Of a stretch of 64,000 nt of DNA, positions 24,571-38,081 are shown piece by piece. The notes below the pieces were generated by a model that saw nothing but the letters and a program-made list of their open reading frames with translations, was not told where the DNA came from and searched no databases. The number at the start of each line of letters is the position of its first letter. The stretch's first letter is position 1. The stretch covers positions 43,958,001 through 44,022,000 of the forward strand of contig NC_092355.1 of NCBI RefSeq assembly GCF_963676685.1, given 5' to 3'. A program made the translations under genes and the position numbers. The DNA is from Mytilus edulis (lineage: Eukaryota).

Positions 24571-25831
24571 ATAAATGCCGTTTTCACAATTTTGTTGATG
24601 TTCAACAGTCTTTCTATTAATGAACATATATTTTGATAAATGTTATTTGTATTCATAAAATTTGCAGGAATTGTATTAAAATCAAATTTCTGAAACTTCG
24701 TAGAAAATGTCTTATCTTTTTCATTTGTTGGTTGTACATTAGACATAAAAGCATTTAAATCTATACTCCATTTAATTAGTGAATGATCAGGTATTAGTTT
24801 TAAATCTACCCCGTTCACGTCGAAGCCTGCGGATAACACAAAAATCTGTAAACAAGTTTAAATTCTCATAAGGCACAATGCAATAATCAACACCACTGAA
24901 CAGCCTGTTGTCGATACACATGTATAGTCATTGTTTACAACGTTTCTACCATTGAGTATTCAACAATTAACACTAATAAGGAAATCAATAAATGCATTGC
25001 AGTATGAATTACACTTAAAATCAATGACATCTCTTTGACATAAATTGTCAACACCCTCAATGTAATCACTTTCATTGCCACATCTACTGTTAAAATCTCC
25101 GCAAATGAAAAACGGCTTTTTATTTTGATGTTCATAAACTTGTGTAATTAAAGTGTCAAAGAAAGTATCTTTGTCGATTTGACGTGTTGAATTTTCTGGA
25201 GGTGAATAACAAATGCAAATATTAAATTCAAATTCAGATGATTTTTCAATATAGTTTATCCACAAAATACAAATGAATCGTCTAATATAGTAATATGAAA
25301 TAAGTCATATAAATAAGTCATATAAATACATTTTTATAAAAAAAAAACCTACACCACCAGATCCATTGTTTGCATTTCTATGTAATGCTTTTCTATTTTG
25401 ACCTATCTCCTTTCAAATGTGTTTCCCCAATACATATAATATCTAAATCGAGTTTATTTATACAAATAGAGCGAAGAATACAATTATCAGAGTTAGTGTT
25501 TTTGTTCCAGTTATTTACATTACAAAAACCTGCAGATTACTACCATCTACCTTTTCTTGATTGTTGATGGTGGTTACTACTGCTGTGTTCGTTGTTCTGT
25601 TCCCGATGACTTGTTCTTGTGTTGTAGTTACTGTGTAAGTTGAAAGTGTTACTTCGTGTTGAATTGTTTGTTCCACGTCGTTACGTATTTTGTTGTGTAT
25701 GAGCAGTCCCCCTACTCTCATGTTCGCTGCGGTTCTCGGAAGATATTCTGCTGTTAACATAACGACTGGCAATAATTTCCGTGCCCTTCATTTTGATATT
25801 GATATGTGGATCAACAGATTTTAACACATGA

Positions 25832-27362
25832 AATTGAGAATGGAAATGGGGAATGGGCCAAAGAGACAACAACCCTACCATAGAAAAAAACACAACAGCA
25901 GAAGGTCACCAACAGGTCTTCAATGAAGCGAGAAATTCCCGCACCCGGGGGCGTCCTTCAGCTGGCCCCTAAACAAATATATACTATTTCAGTGATAATG
26001 AACGCCATACTAATTTCCAAATTGTACACAAGAAACTAAAATTAAAATTAAAAACCAATTGTTCAGAGAACCATTGATGGTCTTTCCACCAGTAAGGATC
26101 TTTTTAATATGAAAATATTAAAATTCGGTTTTTAATGTCAATTTTAGCGTCAAATGACAGCTTATTGGACGCTGATTCCAAAAATATATGGTTTCTATAC
26201 AAAAAGATATACATAAGGGAGATCATTTTTTACTTCCGGTTTGAAAGATGTTATTTCTGTTATGTTTTGATAGTTTACTTGACACTGATTCCAAAAATAG
26301 ATGGTTCTATATACTTTTACATTAAATTAGTACAAAAAATGGCTACTTCCGGTTTACAAAGGTCACTTCCGGTTGGCTTTTTCAAGGTCACATTGCTTGC
26401 AACCTTTTGCCAAAAGTCCCATGGCTTTATCATGTATATATAAGAGGAAAAAGCAAAGGTCAAAATCTATAACGTTAAATTTACCTATGACCTTGAGCTC
26501 AATTTCAAGGTCATCAACCAAGGACCTCAAATCAAAAGACTCATGGCCTCTACTTTATATTGTTAATGAGTTATATTACCATACAACTAATATTAGATAT
26601 AGAAGGGGGAAAAACTCGCATTAAATGTTACGTACTCTTTTAAGTAAAATTTACATGTTACGACATGTCGCAACTAACAATTGTGTGAAAATATTTTGTC
26701 GATATCTTGTATGATTTCTGAAAATAAGAGATAACAAGCCAAAATCAAAAATTTGAACATGACCTTGACCTTTGACCTTGACCTCATTTTCATACTTTTT
26801 GAGCAAGGGCCTCAAATCAAAAGACCCTAGGCCTCTATCACTTATGGTTTTCCAGTTACAAATTTATTTCATTTATTTCAATACAAAAGGGGAAATTACT
26901 CTCATATGGGGTCTTCGTAAAGCTTCGGTCAAAATAAAACGTAACATCCTGAGGATATAACGAGCAATTTGGAAAAATAAATTTGTCGCTTTCTTTTACG
27001 GTTGCGGAGGAGATCTGATAACAAGAAAAACAGTGTTTGGGGAGATAACTCTTACAAAGAAAAGTGTTCGGTTAAACAGGGTGAGTTTCAAAAGTGTATA
27101 GACTGTATGATCTCATATACAAAAAAACTAAGCGACATCTTTTGAAACATTTTTACACCGCAAGAAAAAAATTAGGCGGAAGAAAAAAAAAATAATCAGA
27201 ACAAAATCAATAGGTCTTTCCACACGAAAGGTGGAAAGACCTAATAATACAAGACTAACAAAGGCCAGAGGCTCCTGACTTGGGACAGGCGCAAAAATGC
27301 GGCGGGGTTAAACATGTTTGTGAGATCTCAACCCTCCCCATATACCTTTAGCCAATGTAGAA
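25832..27362. repeat. Abundant SINE-like repeat split by a Helentron-like insertion (~26048-27243)
   Basis: The flanks match copies of the same repeat in inverse orientation at ~5680-5980 and ~39990-40160. The insert has a subterminal ggtctttcca and a 3' hairpin ggtctttccac...gtggaaagacc. Confidence 0.6.
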
Positions 27363-29671
27363 ATTGTTTTAAAATACATAGTCTGGTTGTATTGGGGATA
27401 ACTGAAACTATTTTAATAACTGACGAATATTTTATTACAGATATAGATTCCCAGATTTACAGATGAACAATTACGTACTACTCCTAGTTTTTATTCCAGG
27501 TAAATGTAATTGATCTTATTTTGATAGTCCTTAAGCAAAATTTTATAGACATGTTTTTTTCAATACAAATTTTATCTATTTCACAAAAAGTAGTTATTTT
27601 ATGATATGGTACAAAACATTAACCAACAAATATCGATTCGTTTTGGCCCCAGATGACTTTTTAAATGTTCATATCATTGAAAAAGTTCAAAATTGTCTCT
27701 CTTTGCTTCAAAAGTGCCATTTTTTGGCACTAAAGTTGAAATATCTTTTTTAACTCATCAGTGACCTTTATTTATTATTTTTTTCAAATACGCTGTACTT
27801 AAACTAAATAATTGTAAAATTTAAGCGATTTATGTAATTAATTTTTTTTTAATTTGTATTATCTCTTTTTCTATTTGCCCTTTTAGTTCAAAAGATTATA
27901 CATTGACAAAAAGCATGCTTCTTTCGAAGGCAGATGGTGAGCTTGAATAAACGGTGACCCCATTTTTTTATTTTATTTTTCTATTTAAGATATGATGAAT
28001 TTCATTTATAGAAAAAATAGAGAAATCCATATCTAAAAACAAGATGGGTTTATGCCCTCGAGCCCCCTAAATATGAAAAAAGAAAAAAAAATATTTTCAT
28101 TTGGGTCTGGCAGAGCATAATATTTAAATGAATATGTTCACTGAAATATTTTTTTGAATTTTTCAACCCAGTAATACCACCACTCCCCATACAGAATAGA
28201 AAGAATCGTATAAAAAAGTCCGCGATGTTCTTCAATATAGATTGGTAGCATATGCTATGAATTTATTACTTTTTGTTACTTTACGGTTAATTTTGTTAAC
28301 AAAAGGTCCTGGAAAAGTATAAACACCATTGTCTCAAATTAGTTATATATGACGTTGAATTCTTTGACTCATCGTTTGTACTAACAAATATTATGCTATA
28401 TATCTATATCAACTAGTTTGACCACGCCACATTCTATATATATCTGCCCAGAGTCAGAAGCTTGTTATCCAGTGGTTGTCTTTTGTTGCTGTAAACAATA
28501 TTTGTTTTTCATTTATTATTTTGTAAAGGCATTTAGTTTTGTAGTTTGAATTTTTTTTATTTGTCAGTCGGGGACTTTTAAAGCTAAATATGCGGTATGG
28601 TTTTTAATTTTTTTTTTTGAAGGACGTACGGTGACCAATAGATGATAACTTCTGTGTTATTTTGGATTTTAATTTTTACCTATATCTCTATTAATCAAGA
28701 ACGGTTGTAGAAAATATTACACTTCACTTTCGAAAAATTTATTTTATTTTAAGTAAATGTTTTCTTGGCAGTAACTTTAGATTATTTGTTAATCTGATCA
28801 TCACAGTGGTTTATCCCCTATCCATTTGGTAATATGAAACTGGGAAATTTCTATAGCCATGGCTAGGTGTTATGCAATTCAAATACAGGCAAGGTCAACA
28901 TAGTCATCGCATGGTCATGATAAATACTAATTTTGATTGGCTTATTATAATTAGAGTGACCAATTAGGAAACAGCAAATGATAGCAGCATTACATGGGAG
29001 GGGACGCTTGGCCATTCACAATTTCGCTTTGAAAGCTGCCAGACGCCATTTAGTGTTTTCCAGAGAGAAAGCAAATTCTGATAACACACCCTTGAATGTA
29101 TAGTTTTGATCATGTGTATATGTAGATATAGGAAGATGTGGTGTGAGTGCCAATGAGACAACTCTCCATTCAAATAACAATTTATAAAAGTAAACCATTA
29201 TAGGTCAATGTACGGCCTTCAACACGGAGCCTTGGCTCACACCGAACAACAAGCTATAAAGGGCCCCAAATTTACTAGTGTAAAACCATTTACACGGGAA
29301 AACCAACGGTCTAATCTTTATAAAAAACGAGAAACGAGAAACACGTATAAATTACATAAACAAACGACAACAACTGTACATCAGATTCCTGACTCAGGAC
29401 CACAGTTGCAAACATTTGCAGCTATATAAAAAACGAGAAACGAGAAACATGTATATGTATTTCTTCTTCCCCATATAATGTGTTGTATTTATTGTAAGTT
29501 TTGTCAATAATGTGGTCATTTTAATAAATTTCCTGTTAACAAAATTTTGAATTTTTCGAAAAACTAAGGATTTTCTTATTCCACGCATTACTTTAGCCGT
29601 AACTTTTTAGAATTTTGGATCCTCAATGCTCTTCAACTTTGTACTTTGTTTGGATTTATTAATATTTTGAG

Positions 29672-29713
29672 CGTTACTGAAGAGTCTTATGTAGACGAAA
29701 CGGTCGTCTTGCG
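29672..29713 (+). ncRNA. Type I hammerhead ribozyme (core intact, stem I mismatch), family B
   Basis: CGUUA-CUGAAGA-GUCU(UAUGU)AGAC-GAAA-CGGUC-GUC^-UUGCG, within a partial unit at ~29490-29750. Confidence 0.75.
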
Positions 29714-30049
29714 TAATAAATTATAATCCTGGTACCTTTGATACCTATTTGTCATTAATGAAGATTTGGAGTATTGCATAAATTGTATAATTGATTATAT
29801 AATACAGAATATAATGATTTTATGGTATTTTGTAGATAATAATGTTAATGATTGATGTTCAAAAGACAATGACTTTAGCGGAAAGTTTAGGGTTTTTAGT
29901 GACGTTGACGACTTTGGATGAATAGTGAACTTTAACGGTGCCATAACCACAATACATAAAATTGGTATAACTTTTTTGACAGATCGAATACTCGAGTATC
30001 GGTCGGTGAATCCAACGAATACTCGATTTTGAAATCTTCACCGAGTTGA

Positions 30050-30752
30050 CATACCTAATAAATATAACTTAAAGGAAAAGGTGTAAATCTATAAAGTAAC
30101 ATTACATATCACCTTGACCTCAAGTTCAAGCTCATAAACTAAGGAATTCATATAAAATAAGCCTAGGTCTTTACTATGTATGGGCAATGCGTTATATGTA
30201 ACCATACACATATAGTTGACCTATTGTTGTAAATATCTGTGTCATTTTGGTCTCTTATGGACAGTTGTCTCATTGGCAATCATACAACATATTCTTTTTT
30301 TACATAATTCATTCTAAATATAAGATGGGCGAAAACTCCCTTTTTATGTTTACGTACACTTTGAACTCAAATATATGTGTTACGACATGTTACAACTAAC
30401 TATTCTGTTTGTCGATATTTTATTTGATGACTGAACCTAGTCTATACCGCTTAATAAAAACATTCTGAAGATATAACGAGCAATTTAGGAAAATAAATTT
30501 CTCGTTTCTTTTACGGTTACAAACAAATATAAAGAAAACGTATTCGGGGAGATAACTCTTATATAGAAAGTAATCTATGGGTTCGCGGTATCAGGTTCAA
30601 AAGCGAATTAATTATTCGATAACATATAACAAATATATAAAGTAAGTCTTGCAAAAAACCAAACAGCGAAGGGAAAAATATCAGGCGAAAAATAAATAAT
30701 CAGAACAAAAGCAATAGGTCTTTCAATCCACGGAAAAGTAGAAAGACCTAAT
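30050..30752. mobile_element. Helentron-like non-autonomous element remnant
   Basis: Similar to 26450-27243. Ends with hairpin ggtctttc...gaaagacctaat. Confidence 0.5.
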
Positions 30753-31014
30753 AGATACATGTTTATTTTTACTCCACGATTCTGTAACTTATTCTTATTT
30801 ACATGTTCACTGCTAAATTGCAATAAATTAGACATAATACAAATATAAATAGTACTAAAAAAATCAAGGTACAAACAAATGAGAATTAAATAAAAATCAA
30901 ATGGAGTAGACATTTTTAATTTCAAATGTATGGAAAAAAAGAAATGTGAGAATGTAAGAATGCACATAAAAAACTAGTTTTGTAAAGATTAAAATTATAT
31001 TTTGCAAAGCAGAA

Positions 31015-31530
31015 CAAAAGAGGGACGAAAGATACCAGAGGAGCAGTCAAACTCATAGATCGAAAATAAACTGACAACGCCTTGGCTAGAAATTAAAAAA
31101 AAACCAGACAAATAATAGTACAGAAGACACAACATAGAAAACTTAAGACTAAGCAACACGAACCCCACCAAAAACGGAGGTGATTTCATGTGCTCCGGAA
31201 GGGTAAGCAGATCCTGCTCCACATGTGGCACCCATCGTGTTGCATATGTTATTGCAAATCCGGTAAATAGTCTAATTCGGTAGGTCACGTTCGTGAAAAA
31301 GGGAAGGGTATTGTAGTAACGACATAAGACACATGTCCGATATCATCTGTGAAACGGTTATTCCATAATGGTCAACCAACTCGTTATGACGTCCGTAAAA
31401 TTTACGAAGTGATGATTCCAACTTCACCATTTGGAACTCTTCGTTTAATAGCTTCCTTATAGGCAGCAATCTTCTATCAATAAAATCATGATACGAAATA
31501 CAAATCCAGGAATATCGTATCAATTGGGGG
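31015..31530 (-). mobile_element. Penelope-like element 3' fragment
   Basis: QLIRYSWICISYHDFIDRRLLPIRKLLNEEFQMVKLESSLRKFYGRHNELV resembles a PLE RT C-terminus. The non-coding tail is also seen at 38330-38540 and 51305-51640. Confidence 0.65.
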
Positions 31531-31791
31531 CAATCGGGAAACAGAAAGTGTGCACATATTTTACGGATTCTGAGGTAACTTCAACCCTGTTGTGTTTGTT
31601 GAACTTTTTCTTACAAATATCTTGATCCATCAAACCGCGTTGCAGACAAATAATAGATATAGAAAGAAATATGACACCGTAGACTCGTATCAGCATTGTA
31701 CCATTTCACAAAATAAGACAGAAAACTTTAAAATGACCTACAGACGTAGATTTTTACACCTTTACTTTACTTTATTTGCCCTGTATATTAA

Positions 31792-32384
31792 GGTAGATCA
31801 TAAGTAAATGTTTTTTTAGACAGAATTTTCTTATAATTTGACAAAATGAAGATTTTCCTATGCTGTTTTCAAAAATATAATAAAAAGTATGGGTCACCGT
31901 GCTATTTTTCAAGCTATGAGTCGTTGAAAATTGCCTAAATTTGGTTAGTTTGTTCATGAAAAAACACATAACAGTGCATAAAAAAAATTCTATGAGATAG
32001 AATTTTGAAAAAAATTGTGGGAAGGTAGGTTTTATAATATGTTTTAAGAAAATAAAAAGAAAACATGGTGTCACCGAACTTGTTTTCATGCCACAAGAAA
32101 AAATAAAAAATTTCCCTATTAGCCCAGTATAAATTTTGTGCTAAAAGAGTTATCTCCCCTTAAATGGCTCATTTGAAAAAAAATGATTTTAAAAACCAAA
32201 AAGGTTGATATTTGTTAAAATATTTTGAATAATACAATAAATTAGTAAGTTTTCTTTGTATAAATAAACAGTCTAACCATTAAATTGCAAATCTGTTTCC
32301 AAATTTGCTGATTTGGGCAAATAACTAGACCGATTTTGTACTGTGATTGTACAATCCAAGATGGCGGTATACCATGAATCTACC
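31792..32384. mobile_element. Non-autonomous DNA transposon with TTAA TSD (Kolobok-like)
   Basis: ttaa|ggtagatcat ... atgaatctacc|ttaa. Confidence 0.7.
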
Positions 32385-33263
32385 TTAATAGGATAACATT
32401 TGGTTTGTGTGCACTTCGCGATATATATTGACTACGTGAGACAACATTTTTAAACATACTATTCAACTTGTTCTATTCGATTGTCAGTTGTGAGTTCTTT
32501 ATAGGCGAAACGCGCGTGTGGCGTTAAATTTATAAGCCTTGAATCTTTGATGATTTTTTTTTAAACTTGTCGATAATATTTGAGTGAAAGAAAACTCCAC
32601 ATAATAATGCAATAACATAAGGTCAGCGGAAACCGCAGACACATCGAAAAATTCACATATTACCATCTCGGAAGTTGTAACATTCTTTCTTTGGCTTAAT
32701 AAGGAAGTGCAGAGAGGAATTGAATAAAATTGAACTCACATAAAACAGACCTGTATTTAACCATCTTAGTTCTAAAGAATTGTCATGAGATAATAACATA
32801 TATATATATATTTTAACACAAATGTTTTTATTTATAGTCATTACCGAATGCCATTGATGCTAAACATCGTATCAGATATTTTAATTGTAGTCGTATTTTG
32901 GAGTCTCTAAAACAGCTGCTTAAAAAGATAGTTTATGATTCTCATGATTTATCATTATTATAGAGTTTCACAACGCGCTCAGAGAATACGCTGTTCATCA
33001 TCATTTAATAACATTGGGTGTATGTTTCATTACAAAACGGTAATATGATTTGCAGACAGCAATATGGCGTCATTCTGAAATTAACCTTCATTTTGAAATA
33101 AAATGTAACACGCATAATGATACGAGCTCCCAGAGTTAAGTGCTCAGGTGAATAAAAGGAAAAATTGATAGAAATCGTGTTTTCATTTTTCTAGCTTATA
33201 AATGTAACTTTCAGTATTAAATGCTTATTTTTGTAATTTACTAGGGTACAATGAACTAACACA

Positions 33264-33313
33264 ATGAAGTATTCTATTTTTTATTATCGTGTCTATCATT
33301 GCTTCATTGGAAG
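33264..33313 (+). CDS. Host gene coding exon 1: signal peptide (apparent +1 T frameshift)
   Basis: Acceptor ...ttactag at 33244 and ATG at 33264. With one T removed from the T6 run (33277-33282) it reads MKYSIFIIVSIIASLE-G with a phase-1 donor at 33314. Confidence 0.6.
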
Positions 33314-33390
33314 GTTTGGTGAATGGCAATGTTCTGTCCATGTATACATTTTGATCATTTAAAGCTCAAACAAATCGTATTCATTTGTAG

Positions 33391-33726
33391 GTATTTCGCC
33401 ATGCAGCATAAATGCTTGTCTTAGCTGGACATCTGACACTAATAAGCTTCAACTAATTTGCAAGACTGCATCTCTTTATTTCACTGTTTCCTTTTTCGAT
33501 TACGACGACATAGAAGTTGCGTACTGCCTCAGTCCATTCCCGTCCCCAAAATGTTTTAGTAGTAATGGAGGAAACAGCACAAGCGTGATGCAGAATATAA
33601 TCACAAACGAAACCATTTTAACAATACGGAGAACAGTAGATGAAAGTATAAATGGAGTTTGGTCCTGTCATCACGGTAAAAATGTTCATACAGCAACTGT
33701 TTTGATTAACATTCCAACAACTAAAG
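33391..33726 (+). CDS. Host gene exon 2: Ig-like extracellular domain
   Basis: ttgtag|336 nt open, phase 1-1|gtaaac. Translation: GISPCSINACLSWTSDTNKLQLICKTASLYFTVSFFDYDDIEVAYCLSPFPSPKCFSSNGGNSTSVMQNIITNETILTIRRTVDESINGVWSCHHGKNVHTATVLINIPTTK. Shows LxC, LTI and GxWxC Ig strand patterns and two N-glycosylation sequons. Confidence 0.85.
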
Positions 33727-34486
33727 GTAAACGAAACATATTTGCAAGATCATAAAAAAAGAAGTTGTATTATTGCATCAGACAACTATCCAACATAGTA
33801 AAAAATGTTTCCCACTGCAACATTCTATAAATTTCTATCCAGACCCTGTAATTCAGAAGTTGTAGTTTTGTTTGCTTATCATATTTGCTTTTCGTTTATT
33901 TTTTATACAAATATACAAAAAAAAATAACTTCGTAGTTTTCTCGTTTGAAATTTTTTACATACGTCATGTTAAGGCATTTTAAATAGTATGGTCATTGTT
34001 AAAGTCCGTACACTGACCAGTAATTACCACCTTATCTGGTATCTGGGACAAAATCTTTCATTGATAATCATTCCACCAATTTTATCCAGGTGACCTTATG
34101 GCCTTTAAAAATAAAAGTATACTGTATAATACGGTGTATAAGGTCTAAATAACTAGATAGGATAACTAAATGTATCCAATATTGAAATATTTGCACTTTG
34201 CCCAAAAGGTATTGGAATATGAAAGATCAAATTGAAATAAATGTAACAAAATTTCTAGAAGTACGTAAGCATGTATTTGCATATTTAGAAGTAACTTTTG
34301 AAAAAAAGAAAAACTAATTGCATATGTATGTTTCAAAGTATGTTGCATATATCTTTCATCTATGCAACATCCTTTTGAAAGTATTTTTTTTATTTCGTTC
34401 GAACTATATGTAGAGGGAGGAAGCTTTCATTATTTTTATATTACAAAAATAATGCTGGAACTAATTGCATTTTAAATTTTTTTCAG

Positions 34487-34513
34487 TACATAGAGCAACA
34501 TCAGTATTAAATG
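34487..34513 (+). CDS. Host gene exon 3: 27-nt linker
   Basis: ttttttcag|...|gtatgt, phase 1-1, VHRATSVLN. Confidence 0.65.
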
Positions 34514-34957
34514 GTATGTAGTTATATTTGCTTCCAGTTATTAAACTCTAGATATCCTATATTTGCGAATTTCAAACTTCTCGCAAAAAAGGAGGGTCAT
34601 GCTCAAATATCTTCTATTCATTTTTTTGTGTTTTTTCCGAAAATATAATTCGAAATATGCATGATGTACTAATTTACTGAATGTTGTCTGATTTTTCTTG
34701 TTATTTAATGCGTTCTTGATTAAAATTCCCACTTCCATTGGCTACGTTTAGAAGCAGTCAGTGTGAGAATATTTACTATCTTTATGCAAATAAACTCATC
34801 AAAGATACCAGGATTAAAATTTTATATTTACGCCAGACGCGCGTTTCGTCTACAAAAGCAGTAATTTCATTCTTTCTTGCCTTATCAAATTTAAATGAGA
34901 AATGGACGTGTATACATATTTTACACATAACTTTATTATTATTTTTATGTATTACAG

Positions 34958-35077
34958 ACTTTCCCCCTTGGGTGAAGTTACTATGTTACACGTCGATTGG
35001 ATATGCTGTTTTGCTAGTTTTAACACGTATCATTCTTGCATTTATTGGCTCCATTTATGCATCTAAAACTAGTAAAG
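34958..35077 (+). CDS. Host gene exon 4: TM1
   Basis: attacag|120 nt|gtaagt, phase 1-1, DFPPWVKLLCYTSIGYAVLLVLTRIILAFIGSIYASKTSK. Confidence 0.85.
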
Positions 35078-35399
35078 GTAAGTCCCAACATTTTAAATAA
35101 TTACGAATTTAAAAACATTTACACGAAAACTATGGTAACGTTTTTATTGTAATTTTAATTATTATCAATATCATAATGACGATTGATAAAGATACATACT
35201 TTTTTGAAACAATATTACACAAAACACAACATCGATGTTAATATTTTATGAATACGACATAGTTAATAAATACTCAGGAGTTTTCTTAATGGTTTAAGTT
35301 ATATATGGTAGAAACGCAAAGGATATGAAGTATCCATCCATGACACAAAATCAGTAAATGCACACAAAAAAATACACACAGAAAATGCAGAAATGTCTG

Positions 35400-36652
35400 T
35401 CTAACGGTGCAATTAACGCAATATTTAACAGTCTACAGACGACTTAAACTCCTGTGGAGGACAATATTTAGTCTTCTGGAGAGTAACGCCACTGTTGTCG
35501 GTTTACATGCACAATTGAAAAGTCAATTGTTCATGAACAATTGAAAGGTCTTTCCTTTTTTCTTTTATTAATTGCCTTCTTAGTTCAAAAATATATGGTT
35601 TCTAAGGACTTTTATGTTCATAACAAGTGGTTGCTAAGGACAAAAATCATTCATAAGGATGAAAATATTACTACAAGTATTAAAATGTCATATGTACTAT
35701 TCATAGTATTTAAAGTTAAAAAGATAAGTGATTGCTAAGGACTTATATGTCGTTGCTAGGGACAAAAATGTCATTTCCAGTATTAAAAATTTCATATTTA
35801 TATTATTCATAGCCTTCTAAGTTCAAAAATATATGGTTGCTAAGGTGTTTTATGTCGTTGCTAGGGACTTGACCTCTAACCTTGACCTAACTTTGAAGAT
35901 CTTATTATGCTGAACATTTTTGCCATTCAAAGTTTCTTTCTATCTCTAACCACTTTTGAGTTAAAAGCAAACAATCATCATTTCGGACCAAAAAAAAACA
36001 GTTTTGGTGCCCTAGTTCCATAACAGTTTGTCCAATAATTTTGAACCCACATAACAAATGTAGATCTCGACAAGACACAAATTTTCTCCGTTACATTTTA
36101 TCAGCCATCTTTTAAGGTTATTGAGTAGATCCGATAACAAGCTAAGGTCAAAATATAGGTCATGACCTTGACCTTTGACCTTATGTCAATGTTCATGGTC
36201 ACGTGAATTGATGATCATTGGTGATGATCCTAGGTGTGGCGACAACTTACGGTTTCTGAGTTTTAGTGGCCAACCGACATTGGTTAATTTTCAAAGGGGC
36301 ATAACCCTACCAATGAGTCGTTGAATCTTTTCGATCCAATGTTAGGAAGAACCAGGGTCTGTTCCTGAACAAATTCCACCTGTGTTTTTTTTCTTCCTAT
36401 TATGGTTATGAAGTTAGAATGATAACAAGGTTTTCGGTGTGAGGGGAGATAACCGCTATAAAGGAAATGTTACGGGGTCGTGCCCTCACCACAAGATAGC
36501 TTCTGGTCAACCGATACTAGATACCTAATATCATTTCAACATGTCGCGTACTTTTTTGGGAAATTTCGTTAAAGTTTTGCGGAAAGAATAATAATAATAA
36601 TCAGAAGAAATACAGTAAGGTCTTTCCTTATAGAAAAAGGAAAGACCTTAAT
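35400..36652. mobile_element. Helentron-like non-autonomous element in intron
   Basis: Internal gttgctaagg and gaccttgacc repeats, and 3' hairpin aaggtctttcct...aggaaagacctt. The left boundary is approximate. Confidence 0.5.
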
Positions 36653-36799
36653 TACAATTACAATTACTTAAACAAAAAGAAACTATTGTAAGTATTACAG
36701 CATGTACAGAGTATTCGTCTTAGGTGTCATAAACATCGTTCTAAACACTTTATGGTATGTTCGCATACGTTCTCATAATGCATTTAGTCTTTCTTACAG

Positions 36800-36874
36800 A
36801 TTGTGACTGCAATTGTTTGGACATATGTCTTAAAGGCGCAACATGTTGCATTGAGAAGACGTGTTCAACCGACT
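36800..36874 (+). CDS. Host gene exon 5: Cys-rich loop
   Basis: cttacag|75 nt|gtaagt, phase 1-1, DCDCNCLDICLKGATCCIEKTCSTD. Confidence 0.8.
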
Positions 36875-37294
36875 GTAAGTTTTTTTACTTCAACTTTTCA
36901 TTTGAGAAAATAACAATAAACAATTGTTAATATGAATGAGAAAAACATCACGTCCCAAACTGAAAAATAAAACAATCAAAATATAGTTTCTTGTTGGACA
37001 GATCTTACAATGTTAATGACTGACATATATCCTAGAAGCCGAATTTGCTTTTGAAATAAAGTAATATAACTTGTACTTTTGACGTGTTCATCTTATTATT
37101 TTACCATGTATACGTACTGTGAAGTTATATGTCATAATGAAATGTTTTCTGAGAAACCAATCTACAACGTAGTAATTTTCATGAAATCGCTTTACGCCAA
37201 AAAACTTGATGCTATATGATTTCCAAACAAACCAATTTTCGAATCTTGCTTTCTCCAAACATACAAACTTTTTACTGACCTTTTCTTTTTTCAG

Positions 37295-37384
37295 TTAAGA
37301 AATTACTGATTTACATGTTGCTAGTACTTTTGGTTGTTATAGCAGCATTAACTACAGGACATTTTTTCAGTTTATCATACAACG
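37295..37384 (+). CDS. Host gene exon 6: TM2
   Basis: ttttttcag|90 nt|gtaaga, phase 1-1, FKKLLIYMLLVLLVVIAALTTGHFFSLSYN. Confidence 0.85.
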
Positions 37385-38081
37385 GTAAGAAACAATTTGA
37401 ATATCAAATTTGTTTTGTTTTATATGAATAATCAGTATACGTCCTTCGCACTATAAGAAACAGTTAATTCTTGTAAACACAACTCACATATAAATTGCCA
37501 TCTGACTGTTATATCATGTCGTCTTATGCGATTTGCAATATTCGTCAAATTAGACCATGGTCTACATAAATATAACAATACATCAACACAGCCTTTCTTA
37601 ATGACAATATAAATAACAATTTCTGAATCATAACAGTAAGCATGTGCCTGCTTCATTTTTTTTTGGTATTTGTAAGGTCAACTAAAATTTAAATGAATTG
37701 CAACATGTGATTCGACTTTCAGTCACTTAAAATCAGTATATGTATAAAGTGATGACATGTAAATATTTCAGTGTATCTTTTGATATTTCTACTCTTTCAA
37801 GATATATCCTTCCATGATTGAAAGAAATATTTCAACTACGTTTCATAAACAATAACTGGCAATTTCTAATTCACAGCTTAATCATAAGAAACTTTACGAT
37901 AATTTACGAATCTACTGCATTTCTTTGAAATGGACTGATATGTATCTTTAATCTAATACTATTTTTGTATAGACGAAACGCGCGTCTGGCGTATTAAATT
38001 ATAATCCTGGAACCTTTGATAACTATTTACAACTTGATGACAGAGTTAAAATATTTCCTGAATAGGATGCTACAAAAAATC

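Larger units (their letters stand above)
19681..25790 (-). mobile_element. Non-LTR retrotransposon (APE-RT LINE; RTE-X or CR1/L2-group-like), decayed, 5'-truncated
   Basis: Endonuclease motifs IICIGETHL, ICGDFNSR and PDHS. RT motifs EQNGFR, CAFIDFKKTYD, KQGCPLSPILFNLYIN and LLYADD. C-terminal RVCHIC...EDEAHVLLRCPLY. The 3' end has AATAAA plus a (TTGAA)n-like tail on minus. Confidence 0.9.

Noticed and set aside
34738-35100. 120-aa ORF as a stand-alone gene
   Set aside because: Only 34958-35077 is a splice-bounded exon. The rest is intron containing a retrozyme remnant.
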